Shown here piece by piece: positions 8,707-19,359 of a stretch of 64,000 bases of DNA (position 1 is the stretch's first letter; each line of letters opens with the position of its first letter). The notes under the pieces are model-generated. The model was not told where the DNA came from, searched no databases, and saw nothing but the letters and a program-made list of their open reading frames with translations. The stretch is taken from contig JBEKJO010000027.1 of the NCBI GenBank assembly GCA_050011195.1, positions 2,385 through 66,384 of the forward strand, in the 5' to 3' direction. Position numbers and translations under genes: made by a program. The DNA is from Verrucomicrobiota bacterium (lineage in GTDB: Bacteria > Verrucomicrobiota > Verrucomicrobiia > Limisphaerales > UBA8199).

Positions 8707-8746
8707 AGGGAAGGCAGAAGGCGGAATGCAGAATGCAGAAAGCGGG
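8706..8746. repeat. Heptamer tandem array
   Basis: The sequence reads aagggaa ggcagaa ggcggaa tgcagaa tgcagaa. Confidence 0.65.
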
Positions 8747-8795
8747 CAAGAGGATTTAACGCAGAGGCATAGCGCGGCAGAGCCGCAACCGAATT

Positions 8796-8900
8796 GCGCG
8801 AAGCGTTTGGAGTGCGTCCAGCTTGCTGGCGCTGTCGGGAGGCGGAGGAGGTGCGAAAGCGGGAGCAAGCTCCGCGCACTCCAAACGCTTCGCGTGGCAG
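8796..8900. repeat. Palindromic dispersed element, family B
   Basis: The arms gcgaagcgtttggagtgcg and cgcactccaaacgcttcgc are inverted repeats. Further copies lie at 24385, 53684 and (partial) 51218. Confidence 0.8.
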
Positions 8901-9406
8901 TTCGCCACTACCGCCAGGTTGGCATAACTTCGGGGATAAACCGCGTGTTGGGCTTGGCCGGTACACACTCCACCCCCGATTTTCGGCACCACTCAGACCG
9001 TCAACGGTGCTGCCTAGGCGCTACCCCAACGCGAGGGGGAGAGCAACTCCCCGGGGCGCGAGTCCGGGTCGGATGGGACTCCCCTGCGGCAGCGGCTCAG
9101 ACCGGGCCGGCAGGGGTCCGGGCGACCCAGACCCTCGGGTTTCGCGTAGGTAAGCATATTTTCCGCCAGGAGTCAAGCCCCAAGTGGAAAGAAGATGTTG
9201 GCCACCGGGCGCACCCCACCACCGCCATGGGAAGGCAGGGACCGCTGGCCTAGCTCTCCGCTGGCGCACAAACGCGGACGTTCCGGCGAGATGTCCCTGC
9301 CCTCTTGGCGGCAGTGCCCGGTTGCGCCCGTCGGCAGCCGGAATCCCAGTTACACCTTTCCAATCGGCGCATCGTGATTTAGGTTGCGGGGCCGCTCTCA
9401 GCGCAA

Positions 9407-10756
9407 ATGCCGAGTGTTTATATCAAGACTTACGGGTGCCAGATGAACGAGCGCGACAGCGAAGCGGTCGCCGCGCAGCTCGTGGCCAAGGGCTACACCC
9501 TCGCGCCGGCGGAAGCATCGGCTGACGTGGTCCTGCTCAACACGTGCAGCGTGCGGGACATGGCCGAGCAGAAGGCCCTGCGGAAGATGGAGAACCTGGT
9601 GGCCGAAACCCGCCGCCGCGGACCCAACGTTTTGCTCGGCTTCATGGGCTGTGTGGCCCAGACCCGGGGGCAGGAGCTGATTGACCGGCTGCCGGACGTG
9701 GACCTGGTCGTCGGCACGCAGAAGTTCCATCGCACCGCGGAGTATCTCGATGACCTCTTTGCCGGCCGGCGCGATAAAGTGGTGGAGGTGGCGGAAGAGC
9801 AGGGGAGCGAAGCGGCGATTCGCGAGCATCTGCTCAACGGGAACGCGGAAAAATCCGTCGCCGCGTTTGTGAGCATCATGCAAGGCTGCAACCAGTATTG
9901 CACCTTCTGCATCGTTCCCTATACCCGCGGGGAAGAGCGCAGCCGGGCGATCCCCGACATCGTCGCCGAGTGCCGCGCGCTGGTCGCGCACGGCGTGAAG
10001 GAAATCACCCTGCTGGGACAGATCGTCACCAGCTACGGCCGGGGCGATATTCCCAACAAGGAAGGCAAATCCCCTTTCGTGCAACTGCTCGAAGCGGTTG
10101 ATGCCATTGATGGGCTGGAACGCATCCGCTTCACTTCGCCACACCCGAAAGGTTATGGCGACGACCTGGTGGAGGCTTACGGGCGGCTCGGCAAACTGGC
10201 CGAGAGCGCGCACATCCCCGTGCAAAGCGGCAGCGACCGGGTGCTCAAACTGATGCACCGCGGCTACACGCGGGAGCGGTTCCTGAGCATTATTGAGAAG
10301 TTGCGCCGCATGAACCCGGCCATCGGCCTGAGCACGGATTTCATCGCCGGCTTTCCCGGCGAGATGGAAGCGGACTTTGAGGAGACGCTGTCGCTGGCGC
10401 GGGAAGTTGGGTTCGACCAGGCCTTCGTCTTCAAGTATTCGCAACGTCGCGATACCCCCGCAGCGGATATGCCCGGCCAGGTGGCTCGGGCCGTGAAAGA
10501 AGAGCGGAACCAACGTCTGCTCGAGGTGGTGAACGCCCAGGGCGCGCGGCAGCACCAGCAGTTCGTGGGCCGGCGGGCGCAGATCCTGGTCGAGGGGCCG
10601 AGCAAGAAAAATCCCTCCCGCATGATGGGCCGGACGCGCTGCAACAAGATTGTCGTATTCGACGGTTCGGCCCGGCACTGCGGCCTGCTTCTGGATGTGA
10701 AGATTCAGCGCGCCGGCACGTTCACGCTTTACGGGGAAGCGGTGGAAGGCCGGTGA
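9407..10756 (+). CDS. miaB: tRNA-i6A37 methylthiotransferase MiaB
   Basis: The N-terminus is MPSVYIKTYGCQMNERDSE. A radical-SAM CNQYCTFC motif and a C-terminal TRAM-like region are present. Confidence 0.95.
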   Translation: MPSVYIKTYGCQMNERDSEAVAAQLVAKGYTLAPAEASADVVLLNTCSVRDMAEQKALRKMENLVAETRRRGPNVLLGFMGCVAQTRGQELIDRLPDVDLVVGTQKFHRTAEYLDDLFAGRRDKVVEVAEEQGSEAAIREHLLNGNAEKSVAAFVSIMQGCNQYCTFCIVPYTRGEERSRAIPDIVAECRALVAHGVKEITLLGQIVTSYGRGDIPNKEGKSPFVQLLEAVDAIDGLERIRFTSPHPKGYGDDLVEAYGRLGKLAESAHIPVQSGSDRVLKLMHRGYTRERFLSIIEKLRRMNPAIGLSTDFIAGFPGEMEADFEETLSLAREVGFDQAFVFKYSQRRDTPAADMPGQVARAVKEERNQRLLEVVNAQGARQHQQFVGRRAQILVEGPSKKNPSRMMGRTRCNKIVVFDGSARHCGLLLDVKIQRAGTFTLYGEAVEGR

Positions 10757-10905
10757 CGCGGTCGCGAGATCAGCAGTCGCAACTGCGCCGGCCTGGCAAA
10801 GATGCCGGGAGACCCTGAAGCAGCCCTGTCGCCCTCGCCAGCGGTGAAACATCCCGGCTTGCGTCTGCCTAATCTATCTTCCATCTTCTGTCTGCAATTA
10901 CTGAA

Positions 10906-11469
10906 ATGACATTGAAGCTTTCAACCCTGAGCATTCTGCTCGGCCTGGGCATGGGTCTGCCGCAGATTTACGGCATGGTCAAACCGGCGGCATTCGCTGC
11001 GGCGGTCCGGAAGTTCCCGCGTTCCCTGCCGTGGGGCATTTCCCTGATGCTGCTGGGCACGGTCTGGTTCCTGTGGAATCTGAGCCAGGAGTCAATTGCG
11101 GATTTCGCTACTTACAAGAACGTCCTGTTGGCCGGGTTCGCCGGGGTGGGCTTGGGGACCTGCGTTTTCGTGCAGGATTTTCTGGCTGTGCGGGGGCTGG
11201 CGATCGTGCTGCTGCTGTTGGCCAAGCTGATGGTGGACACGGGCCGGCCGGCGCTGGAGCAAACGCACTGGGTGCTGGTTATTCAAACCTGGGCGTATGT
11301 CTTGGTGGTCGCCGGCATCTGGCTCACGGTTTCACCGTGGCGCCTCCGCGATTTCCTGGCCTGGGGCACCGCGACTGAGCAGCGCATCAAGGTAGGTTGC
11401 GGGCTGCGGTTGGCGTTTGGTTTGTTTGTGGCGGCGCTGGGGCTGACCGTATTCAGGTCGGTCGTGTAA
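10906..11469 (+). CDS. Integral membrane protein, function unknown
   Basis: It has multiple hydrophobic helices and host-like composition. Confidence 0.6.
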   Translation: MTLKLSTLSILLGLGMGLPQIYGMVKPAAFAAAVRKFPRSLPWGISLMLLGTVWFLWNLSQESIADFATYKNVLLAGFAGVGLGTCVFVQDFLAVRGLAIVLLLLAKLMVDTGRPALEQTHWVLVIQTWAYVLVVAGIWLTVSPWRLRDFLAWGTATEQRIKVGCGLRLAFGLFVAALGLTVFRSVV

Positions 11470-11500
11470 GCTCCCCAGTCCTCGTGGACGATTTGATCCC

Positions 11501-12430
11501 GTGAGTTCGTTCCAGGGCAGGATTTTGGTGATTCGCGGCGGGGCGATTGGCGACTTCATTCTGACTCTGCCGGCGATAGCCGCCTTGCGCCGGCAATTCC
11601 CCGCAGCCCACCTCGAAGTCCTCGGCTACCCCCACATTGCGCAACTGGCCCTGGCCGGCGGCCTGGTGAACCGGGTTCAGTCCATCGAAGCGCGCGCCCT
11701 CGCCGGCTTCTTCGCACGCGGCGGTGAACTGGCCGAGGACCTCGCCGACTACTTCTCCGAGTTCGATCTGATCCTGTCTTATCTGTACGACCCGGATGGG
11801 GTTTTCCAGACCAACGTGAGCCTTTGCACGGGCGCGCAGTTTATCGTGGGGCCGCACCGGGCGGACGAAGCAGCCAGACTGCACGCCGCGAAGGTCTATC
11901 TTCAGCCGCTCGAGCGTCTCGCCATCTTCGACGCTGACTCCATCCCACGCCTCCCGCTTGTTCATCACCCTCTTTCCAGCAACTATCAAGTATCAGCTAT
12001 CAACCTCCTCGCCCTTCATCCCGGCAGCGGCAGCGAGCGCAAGAACTGGCCGGAAGCGAAATGGGCGGAGTTGCTGCAGCACCTGACCATTTCCACCGGC
12101 TTCAATTTGCTCCTCGTGGGCGGGGAAGCCGAAGGGGAGCGGCTGCAACGCCTGGCCGCCGCCCTGCCTCCCGCGCGCTCGCGCATGGCGCAGAGTCTGC
12201 CGCTGGCGGACCTGGCGCACCGGCTGGCAAGCTGTCGCGCGTTCATCGGTCACGATTCGGGCATCTCGCACCTGGCCGCGGCGGTGGGTCTGCCGGGTGT
12301 GGTCTTGTGGGGTGATACGGCGGAAGAAATCTGGCGGCCCCCGAGTGAAAAGGTGATTGTGCTTCGCCATCCTGCGGGGTTGGCCCGGTTGCCCGTGGAG
12401 GCAGTGGTGGAGCAGTTGCGAAACATTTAG
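11501..12430 (+). CDS. Glycosyltransferase family 9 (heptosyltransferase-like)
   Basis: ILVIRGGAIGDFILTLPAIAALRRQFP and the C-terminal GHDSGISHLAAAVG are typical of GT9. The start codon is GTG. Confidence 0.8.
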   Translation: MSSFQGRILVIRGGAIGDFILTLPAIAALRRQFPAAHLEVLGYPHIAQLALAGGLVNRVQSIEARALAGFFARGGELAEDLADYFSEFDLILSYLYDPDGVFQTNVSLCTGAQFIVGPHRADEAARLHAAKVYLQPLERLAIFDADSIPRLPLVHHPLSSNYQVSAINLLALHPGSGSERKNWPEAKWAELLQHLTISTGFNLLLVGGEAEGERLQRLAAALPPARSRMAQSLPLADLAHRLASCRAFIGHDSGISHLAAAVGLPGVVLWGDTAEEIWRPPSEKVIVLRHPAGLARLPVEAVVEQLRNI

Positions 12431-12620
12431 AGCGCCGAAGCAGTTCACCGGGCAGAAGAATTGCTTGTGGCAAAGGGCAGCCGAGCGAAAATGCCCTGCA
12501 CCCGAATCGCTGTGGACAAACGGGCTGCGGCTGTCTTAGCTTTGCACAATTCTGAGACAGCGGCTTGCGCCACAGTGCGTTTCGGCCGGTCGCGAGGCGG
12601 TCGGCGATGGCGGGCGACAG

Positions 12621-13721
12621 ATGAAAAGAATCCTGGTCATAGACGACGAAGAATGGTTGCGAGAGATGGTGCACATCGCGCTGGGCCAAAAAGGCTTTGA
12701 CGTGATCGAAGCCGAAAACGGCGCGGTGGGCATCGAGAAGGCGCGCAAGGAACTGCCCGACCTGATCCTCTGCGATGTGAACATGGAGAAGGTGGACGGG
12801 TATCTGACGCTGTCAGCGCTCCGCAACGAGCCTGCCACCGCCGCGATCCCTTTTATTTTGATGACCGGTCTGGCGGATAATGCCGGGATGAGGCATGGCA
12901 TGGAGCTGGGCGCGGACGACTACCTGCCCAAACCCTTCACCATTGAAGGGCTGTACGCCGCAGTGGAGGCGCGGCTCAAAAAGGCCCAGGCGCTGCGCCA
13001 GGAAGCGGAGAAGAAACTGGCTGATTTGCGCGACAACCTCACCCTGATGCTGCCGCACGAATTACGCACGCCGTTGAACGGCATCCTGGCTTTTGGCGAA
13101 ATCCTCGCCGCCGAGGCCGCCACCCTGCCGGCGAGGGAAATCGCCGAGATGGGCCAGGTGATTCATGACTCCGGCAAACGGCTGGAACGGCTGGTTGAGA
13201 ATTTCCTGATCTACGCGCAGATCGAGTTGCTGGGCGCAGACGCGCAAAAGATTGGCGCCTTGCGCCAGAAGCAGACGCAGTCTCCCGCCAAGCTGATCGA
13301 GGGACACGCCCGGGGCCAGGCGCGGGCGGCCAAGCGGGCGGAGGACTTGACGCTGGACCTCGCTGACCAGCCGGTGCCGATGTCCGAAGGCTACCTGGCG
13401 AAAATCGTGGATGAGCTGGTCCAGAACGCTTTCAAGTTCTCTGAAGCCGGCAAGCAGGTGCGCGTAGCGCTTTCAGCTTCGCCCTCGGGCGTCGTGCTCG
13501 CGGTCACGGACCAGGGCCGCGGTTTCTCGACCGAGCACATTATCAAAGTCGGCGCTTACATGCAGTTCGACCGCAAAATCCAGGAACAACAGGGACTGGG
13601 TTTGGGGCTGGTGATTGCCAGGCGCCTGACCGAGCTGCATGGCGGCACGCTGTCGATCCAAAGCGAGCGAGGCGCAGCCACCACCGTGACGGTGAAGTTG
13701 CCGGGAGTGGCTGGCAGTTGA
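12621..13721 (+). CDS. Hybrid response-regulator receiver / histidine kinase
   Basis: A REC domain (ILVIDDE...DLILCDVNM) is followed by the HisKA H-box LPHELRTPLNGI and an HATPase (DQGRGF...GLGLGL). Confidence 0.85.
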   Translation: MKRILVIDDEEWLREMVHIALGQKGFDVIEAENGAVGIEKARKELPDLILCDVNMEKVDGYLTLSALRNEPATAAIPFILMTGLADNAGMRHGMELGADDYLPKPFTIEGLYAAVEARLKKAQALRQEAEKKLADLRDNLTLMLPHELRTPLNGILAFGEILAAEAATLPAREIAEMGQVIHDSGKRLERLVENFLIYAQIELLGADAQKIGALRQKQTQSPAKLIEGHARGQARAAKRAEDLTLDLADQPVPMSEGYLAKIVDELVQNAFKFSEAGKQVRVALSASPSGVVLAVTDQGRGFSTEHIIKVGAYMQFDRKIQEQQGLGLGLVIARRLTELHGGTLSIQSERGAATTVTVKLPGVAGS

Positions 13722-13743
13722 GGTTGGCGCGGCGGGTGAGGGC

Positions 13744-14601
13744 TTACTGAGGCCAGGGGCTCACCTTGTTCCGGGCCATTTCGCCCAGGATAAAGTTAGG
13801 CAACCAGTGCAGCAGGGAGAAGATCAGAATGACTCCGGCAAGCGGCGCGAAATCGAATTTGGCAATACGCAACGGCAACCAGTGAAGCGGCGCCAGCAGG
13901 TTGCGGGCGGTGGCGCCGACAAAATCCCACAGGGGGCTGGTTCCCAAATAGACGTAGCTTGCAATCAGGTGCAGGAAAAGGAAGACCGGCAGGACATATT
14001 GGAGGCTTAGGTATAGCGCGGTTCCGATGAGGATGCCTTGTTCCACCAGATGGGCATTGGAATGCACGCGGCTGGTAATCTCGAGATCCACCAGCAAAGG
14101 ATGGAGGGCAATCCAAAGGCCGGCGATGAGAAGCAAAGGCAGGAGCAACTGCAGGGGCCAGGGCCAGCGCGCGACCGGGCCGAGGTGGAGGCGAAGCATT
14201 TTCAGGAGGGGATCAGACTCAGCACCGCGCCGGTTGATCATCGCCAGGGCCAACAGCCAGAAATAACAGACGATGAGCATGCGTGCGAAGCTGAGCACGG
14301 AAAAGAGCATCGTGGGGCCGAAAAGGTGGCTGCGGAAAGGCGGGACAACAAAGAAGAGGTTGAGCCTGGGCTTCCAGTCCGCCTCAGGGCCGATCTGCTG
14401 ATAGAGCACCGCACGCAAAACGAGTAGCGCGGCCAAACCAGCGAGAAGCTGCCAGCCTTTCAGCCGGCGCGGCGCGGCGCGCCGCAAAGTGCCGATCAGG
14501 GTCGCCGGCGAGGTCTTGACCAGTGGATCAAAACCGATGGAACGCCAGCTTAACCAGAGCAAGACCCCGGCCAAGTTTAGTATAAAATCGATCAGACCCA
14601 T
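13744..14601 (-). CDS. Integral membrane protein (possibly YggT-like)
   Basis: It has several TM helices; the family assignment is tentative. Confidence 0.55.
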   Translation of the reverse strand: MGLIDFILNLAGVLLWLSWRSIGFDPLVKTSPATLIGTLRRAAPRRLKGWQLLAGLAALLVLRAVLYQQIGPEADWKPRLNLFFVVPPFRSHLFGPTMLFSVLSFARMLIVCYFWLLALAMINRRGAESDPLLKMLRLHLGPVARWPWPLQLLLPLLLIAGLWIALHPLLVDLEITSRVHSNAHLVEQGILIGTALYLSLQYVLPVFLFLHLIASYVYLGTSPLWDFVGATARNLLAPLHWLPLRIAKFDFAPLAGVILIFSLLHWLPNFILGEMARNKVSPWPQ

Positions 14602-14681
14602 GCGGCAACTGGTAACTGGTGCTTGGTGATTGGTGGAGGGCCACGACGGCCAAGGGCCGATTCCCCATCACTAATCACCGA

Positions 14682-15578
14682 TTACCTTGGCATCATCTTC
14701 AACAAAGTCTCCGCCATTTCGGAAGGCGTCGGCGCGACGCGGATGCCGGCGTCTTTAAACGCGGCGATCTTTGCCGCCGCCGTGCCTTTGCCGCCGCTCA
14801 CAATGGCCCCCGCATGGCCCATGCGCCGGCCGGGCGGCGCTGTCGCGCCCGCGATGAACCCGGCGACCGGCTTCCGGCAGTTGCTCCGGATCCAGGCGGC
14901 GGCTTCCTCTTCCGCCGAGCCGCCGATTTCGCCAATCATAATGATGCCATGCGTGTCCGGGTCGGCCTGAAACAGTTTGATGACGTCCAGGTGCGAGGTT
15001 CCATTGACCGGGTCACCACCGATGCCGACGCAGGTGGATTGGCCGACGCCACGGCAGGTGAGTTGCCAGACGGCCTCGTAAGTCAACGTGCCGCTGCGCG
15101 ACACCACGCCAACGTGGCCCTGCTGGTGAATGTAGCCGGGTGCAATGCCAATGCGGCAGCCGCCCTGCGAATCCGTGCCGGCGCCGGGGGTGACGATGCC
15201 CGGGCAATTCGGTCCGATCAGCCGCGTTTGCTTGCCTTCCATCGCCCGCTTCACCTTAACCATGTCGTTCACGGGGATGCCTTCCGTGATGCAGACGACG
15301 AGGTCCAGTCCGGCATCCACGCCTTCAAGAATCGCATCGGCCGCGAAAGCCGGGGGGACAAAAATGGCCGACGCCGTCGCCCCGGTTTGCTTGATGGCCT
15401 CGGCCACGGTGTCGAAGATCGGGACCCGGTTCTCGAACAGTTGCCCGCCCTTGCCTGGCGTGACACCGGCGACGATTTGCGTGCCGTAGGCGAGGCTGAG
15501 CTGGGTGTGCCGCGCGCCGAAGCTGCCGGTGATGCCCTGGACCAGAACGCGAGTTTGCGGGGTGACGAGGATGGACAT
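14682..15578 (-). CDS. sucD: Succinyl-CoA synthetase alpha subunit
   Basis: [11 protein letters not shown]...GVTPGKGG...GPNCPG are characteristic motifs. Confidence 0.95.
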   Translation of the reverse strand: MSILVTPQTRVLVQGITGSFGARHTQLSLAYGTQIVAGVTPGKGGQLFENRVPIFDTVAEAIKQTGATASAIFVPPAFAADAILEGVDAGLDLVVCITEGIPVNDMVKVKRAMEGKQTRLIGPNCPGIVTPGAGTDSQGGCRIGIAPGYIHQQGHVGVVSRSGTLTYEAVWQLTCRGVGQSTCVGIGGDPVNGTSHLDVIKLFQADPDTHGIIMIGEIGGSAEEEAAAWIRSNCRKPVAGFIAGATAPPGRRMGHAGAIVSGGKGTAAAKIAAFKDAGIRVAPTPSEMAETLLKMMPR

Positions 15579-15598
15579 AAGCAGGAACCTGGCACCGG

Positions 15599-16807
15599 CT
15601 AACTGGTGGAAACCGCCTTGACCACCTTTTGCGCGGCGTCGGCCATCGAGCCGCCGCGGATGATGGTCAGGCCGGATTCGGCGAGGGTCTTCTTGCCGGC
15701 CTCGACGTTGTTCCCTTCGAGCCGCACCACGAGCGGGAGTTGCAAGCCGGTTTCTTTTACCGCCGCCACGATGCCGGTGGCGATAACATTGCAGTCCATG
15801 ATGCCGCCGAAGATGTTAACCAGGATGCCCTTCACGTTCGGGTCCTGCAGAATGATCTTGAACGCCGCGGCGACTTGCTCGTGGCTGGCCCCGCCGCCGA
15901 CGTCGAGGAAATTAGCGGGGCGTCCGCCGAAGTGCTGGATGATGTCCATTGTGGCCATCGCCAGGCCGGCGCCATTGACCAGGCAGGCGATGTTGCCGTC
16001 GAGCTTGATGTAGTTCAGGTTGAATTTGCCGGCCTCGATTTCCAGCGGCGCTTCTTCGGCCAGATCGCGCATCGCCTGGAGGTTCGGATGCCGATAGAGG
16101 GCATTGTCATCGAGCGAAAGCTTGGCATCTACGGCCAGCAGCGTTTCTTTGCCCGCGCGCGTGCGGACAAGGCACAGGGGGTTGATTTCCACCAGCGAGG
16201 CGTCGCATTCCCACCAGGTTTTATAGACCCCGAGCAACAGTTTGGCCGCCGGGCCGATCAAGTCATCTTTAAGCCCCAGTGCGCTGGCCACCTTGCGAGC
16301 CTGGTAGGGCATCATGCCGACGGCTGGGTCGATGGACTCCTTGATAATCTTCTCCGGTGTCCTGGCCGCGACTTCCTCGATGTCCATGCCCCCCTCGATG
16401 CTGGCCATGATTACCGGGCGCGACGACGAACGGTCCAGCAACACGGCCAGATAAAACTCTTTCTTGATCTCCGGCGCGGCAGCGATGATCAACTTGCGCA
16501 CGAGCCGGCCCTCGGGTCCGGTCTGCTTGGTGACGAGCATATTGCCCAGCATGGCTTTGGCTTTCTCGCCAACATCCTCCGCCGTCTGGCACAGCTTGAC
16601 GCCGCCTTGGAAACCGCTCTTGAAGGTGCCTTTGCCCCGGCCACCGGCATGAATCTGCGATTTGACGGCAATGAGATCGGCGCCCTCGGCCAAGAGTTGC
16701 GCGGCAATTCTCTTCGCCGCTTCCGGCGTGTCGCAAACTTCCCACCGGGGCATGGCCACCCCGTATTGCCCCAACAATTGTCTGGCCTGGTACTCGTGAA
16801 TATTCAT
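15599..16807 (-). CDS. sucC: Succinyl-CoA synthetase beta subunit
   Basis: [12 protein letters not shown] starts at the ATG at 16807. The ORF-track N-terminal extension to 17068 is rejected. Confidence 0.95.
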   Translation of the reverse strand: MNIHEYQARQLLGQYGVAMPRWEVCDTPEAAKRIAAQLLAEGADLIAVKSQIHAGGRGKGTFKSGFQGGVKLCQTAEDVGEKAKAMLGNMLVTKQTGPEGRLVRKLIIAAAPEIKKEFYLAVLLDRSSSRPVIMASIEGGMDIEEVAARTPEKIIKESIDPAVGMMPYQARKVASALGLKDDLIGPAAKLLLGVYKTWWECDASLVEINPLCLVRTRAGKETLLAVDAKLSLDDNALYRHPNLQAMRDLAEEAPLEIEAGKFNLNYIKLDGNIACLVNGAGLAMATMDIIQHFGGRPANFLDVGGGASHEQVAAAFKIILQDPNVKGILVNIFGGIMDCNVIATGIVAAVKETGLQLPLVVRLEGNNVEAGKKTLAESGLTIIRGGSMADAAQKVVKAVSTS

Positions 16808-16937
16808 TTCGGATTCAGGAGCGCAGGGCGCGTTGAAGTTTCGGAGGATCCCCTCCTGCAACTCATGTAACCCGTGTAACCCATTTGATTTGGTTAACTC
16901 AGTTCGCCGATTCAGCGCTCCGACGCCCTCCGCCCGG

Positions 16938-18230
16938 TCATTTGCGCTCTTTGATCGGCGTGTAATGGTTGAGAGCAGGCCCGGTGTAAATCTGGCGCGG
17001 CCGATAGATGCGCGTTGGGGCTTCCATGACCTCTTTGTAATTGGCGATCCAGCCCGGCATGCGTCCAATGGCGAACATCACCGTGAACATCTCCACCGGA
17101 ATGCCGATCGCGCGCATGATGATGCCGCTGTAAAAGTCCACATTGGGATACAGCTTGCGCTCGACAAAATAGGAATCGTGGAGGGCCGCTTCCTCCAGGT
17201 GCTTGGCGATGTCGAGCAACGGATCGCTGATATGAAGCTTGGCCAGCACGTCGTCGCAGGCCTTCTTGATGATCTTGGCGCGCGGGTCATAATTCTTATA
17301 GACCCGGTGGCCAAACCCCATCAGGCGCTTGCCGCTGTTCTTGTCCTTGGCGGCGGCAATGAACTTGGAGCCGTCGTCGCCCGACCGGTGAATCTCCTCG
17401 AGCATTTCCAGCACCGCCTGGTTGGCCCCGCCGTGCAAGGGACCCCAGAGCGCGCAAACCCCGGCCGCGGCGCTGGCGAACAGATTGGCCCGGCTCGAAG
17501 CCACCATCCGCACTGTCGCCGTCGAGCAGTTCTGTTCGTGGTCGGCGTGCAGCAGGAAAATCAAGTCCAACGCTTTGACCGCCTCCGGTTTCAGCTCATA
17601 ATCCTTGAACGGCAGCGAGAACATCATGTGCAGGAAGTTCTCCGCGTACTTCAGTTCGGGCTTCGGGTAAATGGCCGGCAACCCGCGCGATTTGCGATAC
17701 GAGAACGCCGCAACCGTCCGCACTTTGGACAGCAGCCGGGCGGCCTGCACCTCAAAACTGCCCCGCATCTGGTCCGTGAACAACTCGGGATGGAAGCAGC
17801 TCGACGCATTGATCATCGCGGAGAGGATGGCCATCGGATGCGCATGGGGCGGGAAGCCTTCGAAGTGGTGCCTCATGGCCTCGTTCAAGAGTTCGTTTGC
17901 GGTCAGCAGGTCCGAGAAACGCCGCAGCTCGGCGCTGTTCGGCAGCCTGCCCATGATAATCAGGTGGGCCACCTCGATGAAGGTGGATTTCTCCGCCAAC
18001 TCCTCTATGGGAATGCCGCGGTAACGCAAGATTCCCTTCTCCCCGTCAATGAACGTAATCTGGCTTTGGCACGAGCCGGTGTTCCCGTAGCCATCGTCCA
18101 GCGTGATATAGCCGGTTTCGTTGCGCAGCGCCGAGATGTCCAGCGCGCGTTCCCTTTCGGTTCCTTCGACAATCGGAAGCTTGCAGCTCTTCCCGTCCAG
18201 TATCAGTTCGGCGGTTTTATCCATAAACAA
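16938..18230 (-). CDS. gltA: Citrate synthase
   Basis: [13 protein letters not shown]...HADHEQN.ST...GFGHRVYK are characteristic motifs. Confidence 0.95.
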   Translation of the reverse strand: MFMDKTAELILDGKSCKLPIVEGTERERALDISALRNETGYITLDDGYGNTGSCQSQITFIDGEKGILRYRGIPIEELAEKSTFIEVAHLIIMGRLPNSAELRRFSDLLTANELLNEAMRHHFEGFPPHAHPMAILSAMINASSCFHPELFTDQMRGSFEVQAARLLSKVRTVAAFSYRKSRGLPAIYPKPELKYAENFLHMMFSLPFKDYELKPEAVKALDLIFLLHADHEQNCSTATVRMVASSRANLFASAAAGVCALWGPLHGGANQAVLEMLEEIHRSGDDGSKFIAAAKDKNSGKRLMGFGHRVYKNYDPRAKIIKKACDDVLAKLHISDPLLDIAKHLEEAALHDSYFVERKLYPNVDFYSGIIMRAIGIPVEMFTVMFAIGRMPGWIANYKEVMEAPTRIYRPRQIYTGPALNHYTPIKERK

Positions 18231-18514
18231 CTTTCGCTAAAGGTTCAGAGCGGCAAAAATAATGCAATCCGCAAGTCCGAGGCAACCCTAAACCGCGCTT
18301 TCGCGCAAAATATCACACCCATCCTCCGTCGGCAGATTCCACCCGGTTGCCGTCACTCCAGAGGCCAAACGAAGAAAACCGTTGAAGCTGGCGGGGTTTC
18401 CTGCTCCAATGCGCTCGGTGCTGTGAAAGATGGGGTTCATAGTCGGGGTCTGGACCGTCCTGCGGGGTCATCGGGGATGTTCGCCGCGCTTTGTACCGAA
18501 GCAGCCCCATAGCG

Positions 18515-19267
18515 ATGTCATCGGCTAAAGACACAGAGGTCTCCACTTCCGCCCAGCGCAACTGGTTTACCACCACCCACTGGAGCCTCGTGCTCAATGC
18601 TCGCGACCCGGCCTCGCCGCTGGCCACCGAAGCGCTGGAGAAGCTCTGCCGCACCTACTGGTACCCTCTTTACGTTTACGCACGGCGGCAGGGGGAGGAC
18701 GAGGAAGCGGCCAAGGACCTGACGCAGGGGTTCTTCGCCCGCCTCCTGGAAAAGAACTACCTGGCCCAGGCCCAGCGTGAGAGGGGCAGATTCCGCTCAT
18801 TCCTGTTGGCTTCGTTGAAGCATTTCCTGGCGGACGAACGGGACAAGATCCGCGCTCAGAAGCGGGGTGGCGGCCAGCCCATTATCTCCCTCGACGACAC
18901 AACCTGCGAGGACCGCTATCGCTTGGAGCCGGCGGAAGCTATGGATGCGGAAAAACTCTTCGAGCGCCGCTGGGCCTTGACGCTGCTGGAGCAGGCCCGG
19001 GCGCGAGTGAGAGAGGAGCATATTAAAGCCGGCAAAGCCGAACTCTACGACCGCTTGAAACCCTTTGAGTCCGGGGACGAGAACGCTTCATCTTACGCCC
19101 AAGTGGCCGCCGAGCTGGGGCTTACCGAGAGCGCGGTTAAGTCTGCTGTCTTCCGGATGCGGCAACACTATCGCGAATTGGTGCGCGAGGAGGTGGCCCA
19201 CACCGTGGAAAGCCCGGCTGAGATTGATGAGGAGATACGCCACCTGATTAGGGTGATCAGCGGGTGA
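18515..19267 (+). CDS. ECF-type RNA polymerase sigma factor (STK-associated type)
   Basis: TTHWSLVL...YWYPLYVYARRQG...LTQGFF are sigma-2/sigma-4-like regions. A Ser/Thr kinase gene follows immediately. Confidence 0.8.
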   Translation: MSSAKDTEVSTSAQRNWFTTTHWSLVLNARDPASPLATEALEKLCRTYWYPLYVYARRQGEDEEAAKDLTQGFFARLLEKNYLAQAQRERGRFRSFLLASLKHFLADERDKIRAQKRGGGQPIISLDDTTCEDRYRLEPAEAMDAEKLFERRWALTLLEQARARVREEHIKAGKAELYDRLKPFESGDENASSYAQVAAELGLTESAVKSAVFRMRQHYRELVREEVAHTVESPAEIDEEIRHLIRVISG

Positions 19268-19359
19268 ACTGTGATCGGCCATGTTTGTCCCCATCGCGCG
19301 CAACTTTCATCCTGGTTTTCCTCAGTAAAGGTAAGAGACGCAGGCATTAGAACGAGCCG

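Noticed and set aside
8726-9253. ORFs in the 8.7-9.4 kb intergenic region
   Set aside because: They are translations of palindromic family B and heptamer repeats and GC-rich spacer, with no protein-like features.
9398-10852. A 484-aa ORF antisense to miaB, and similar long antisense ORFs at 16833-18512, 20515-21792, 28756-30438, 29402-30556, 32715-33875, 36143-37066 and 48040-48861
   Set aside because: These are shadow ORFs typical of high-GC DNA. Their translations are Arg/Gly/His/Pro-rich low-complexity sequence, and each opposite strand encodes a clearly recognisable protein.
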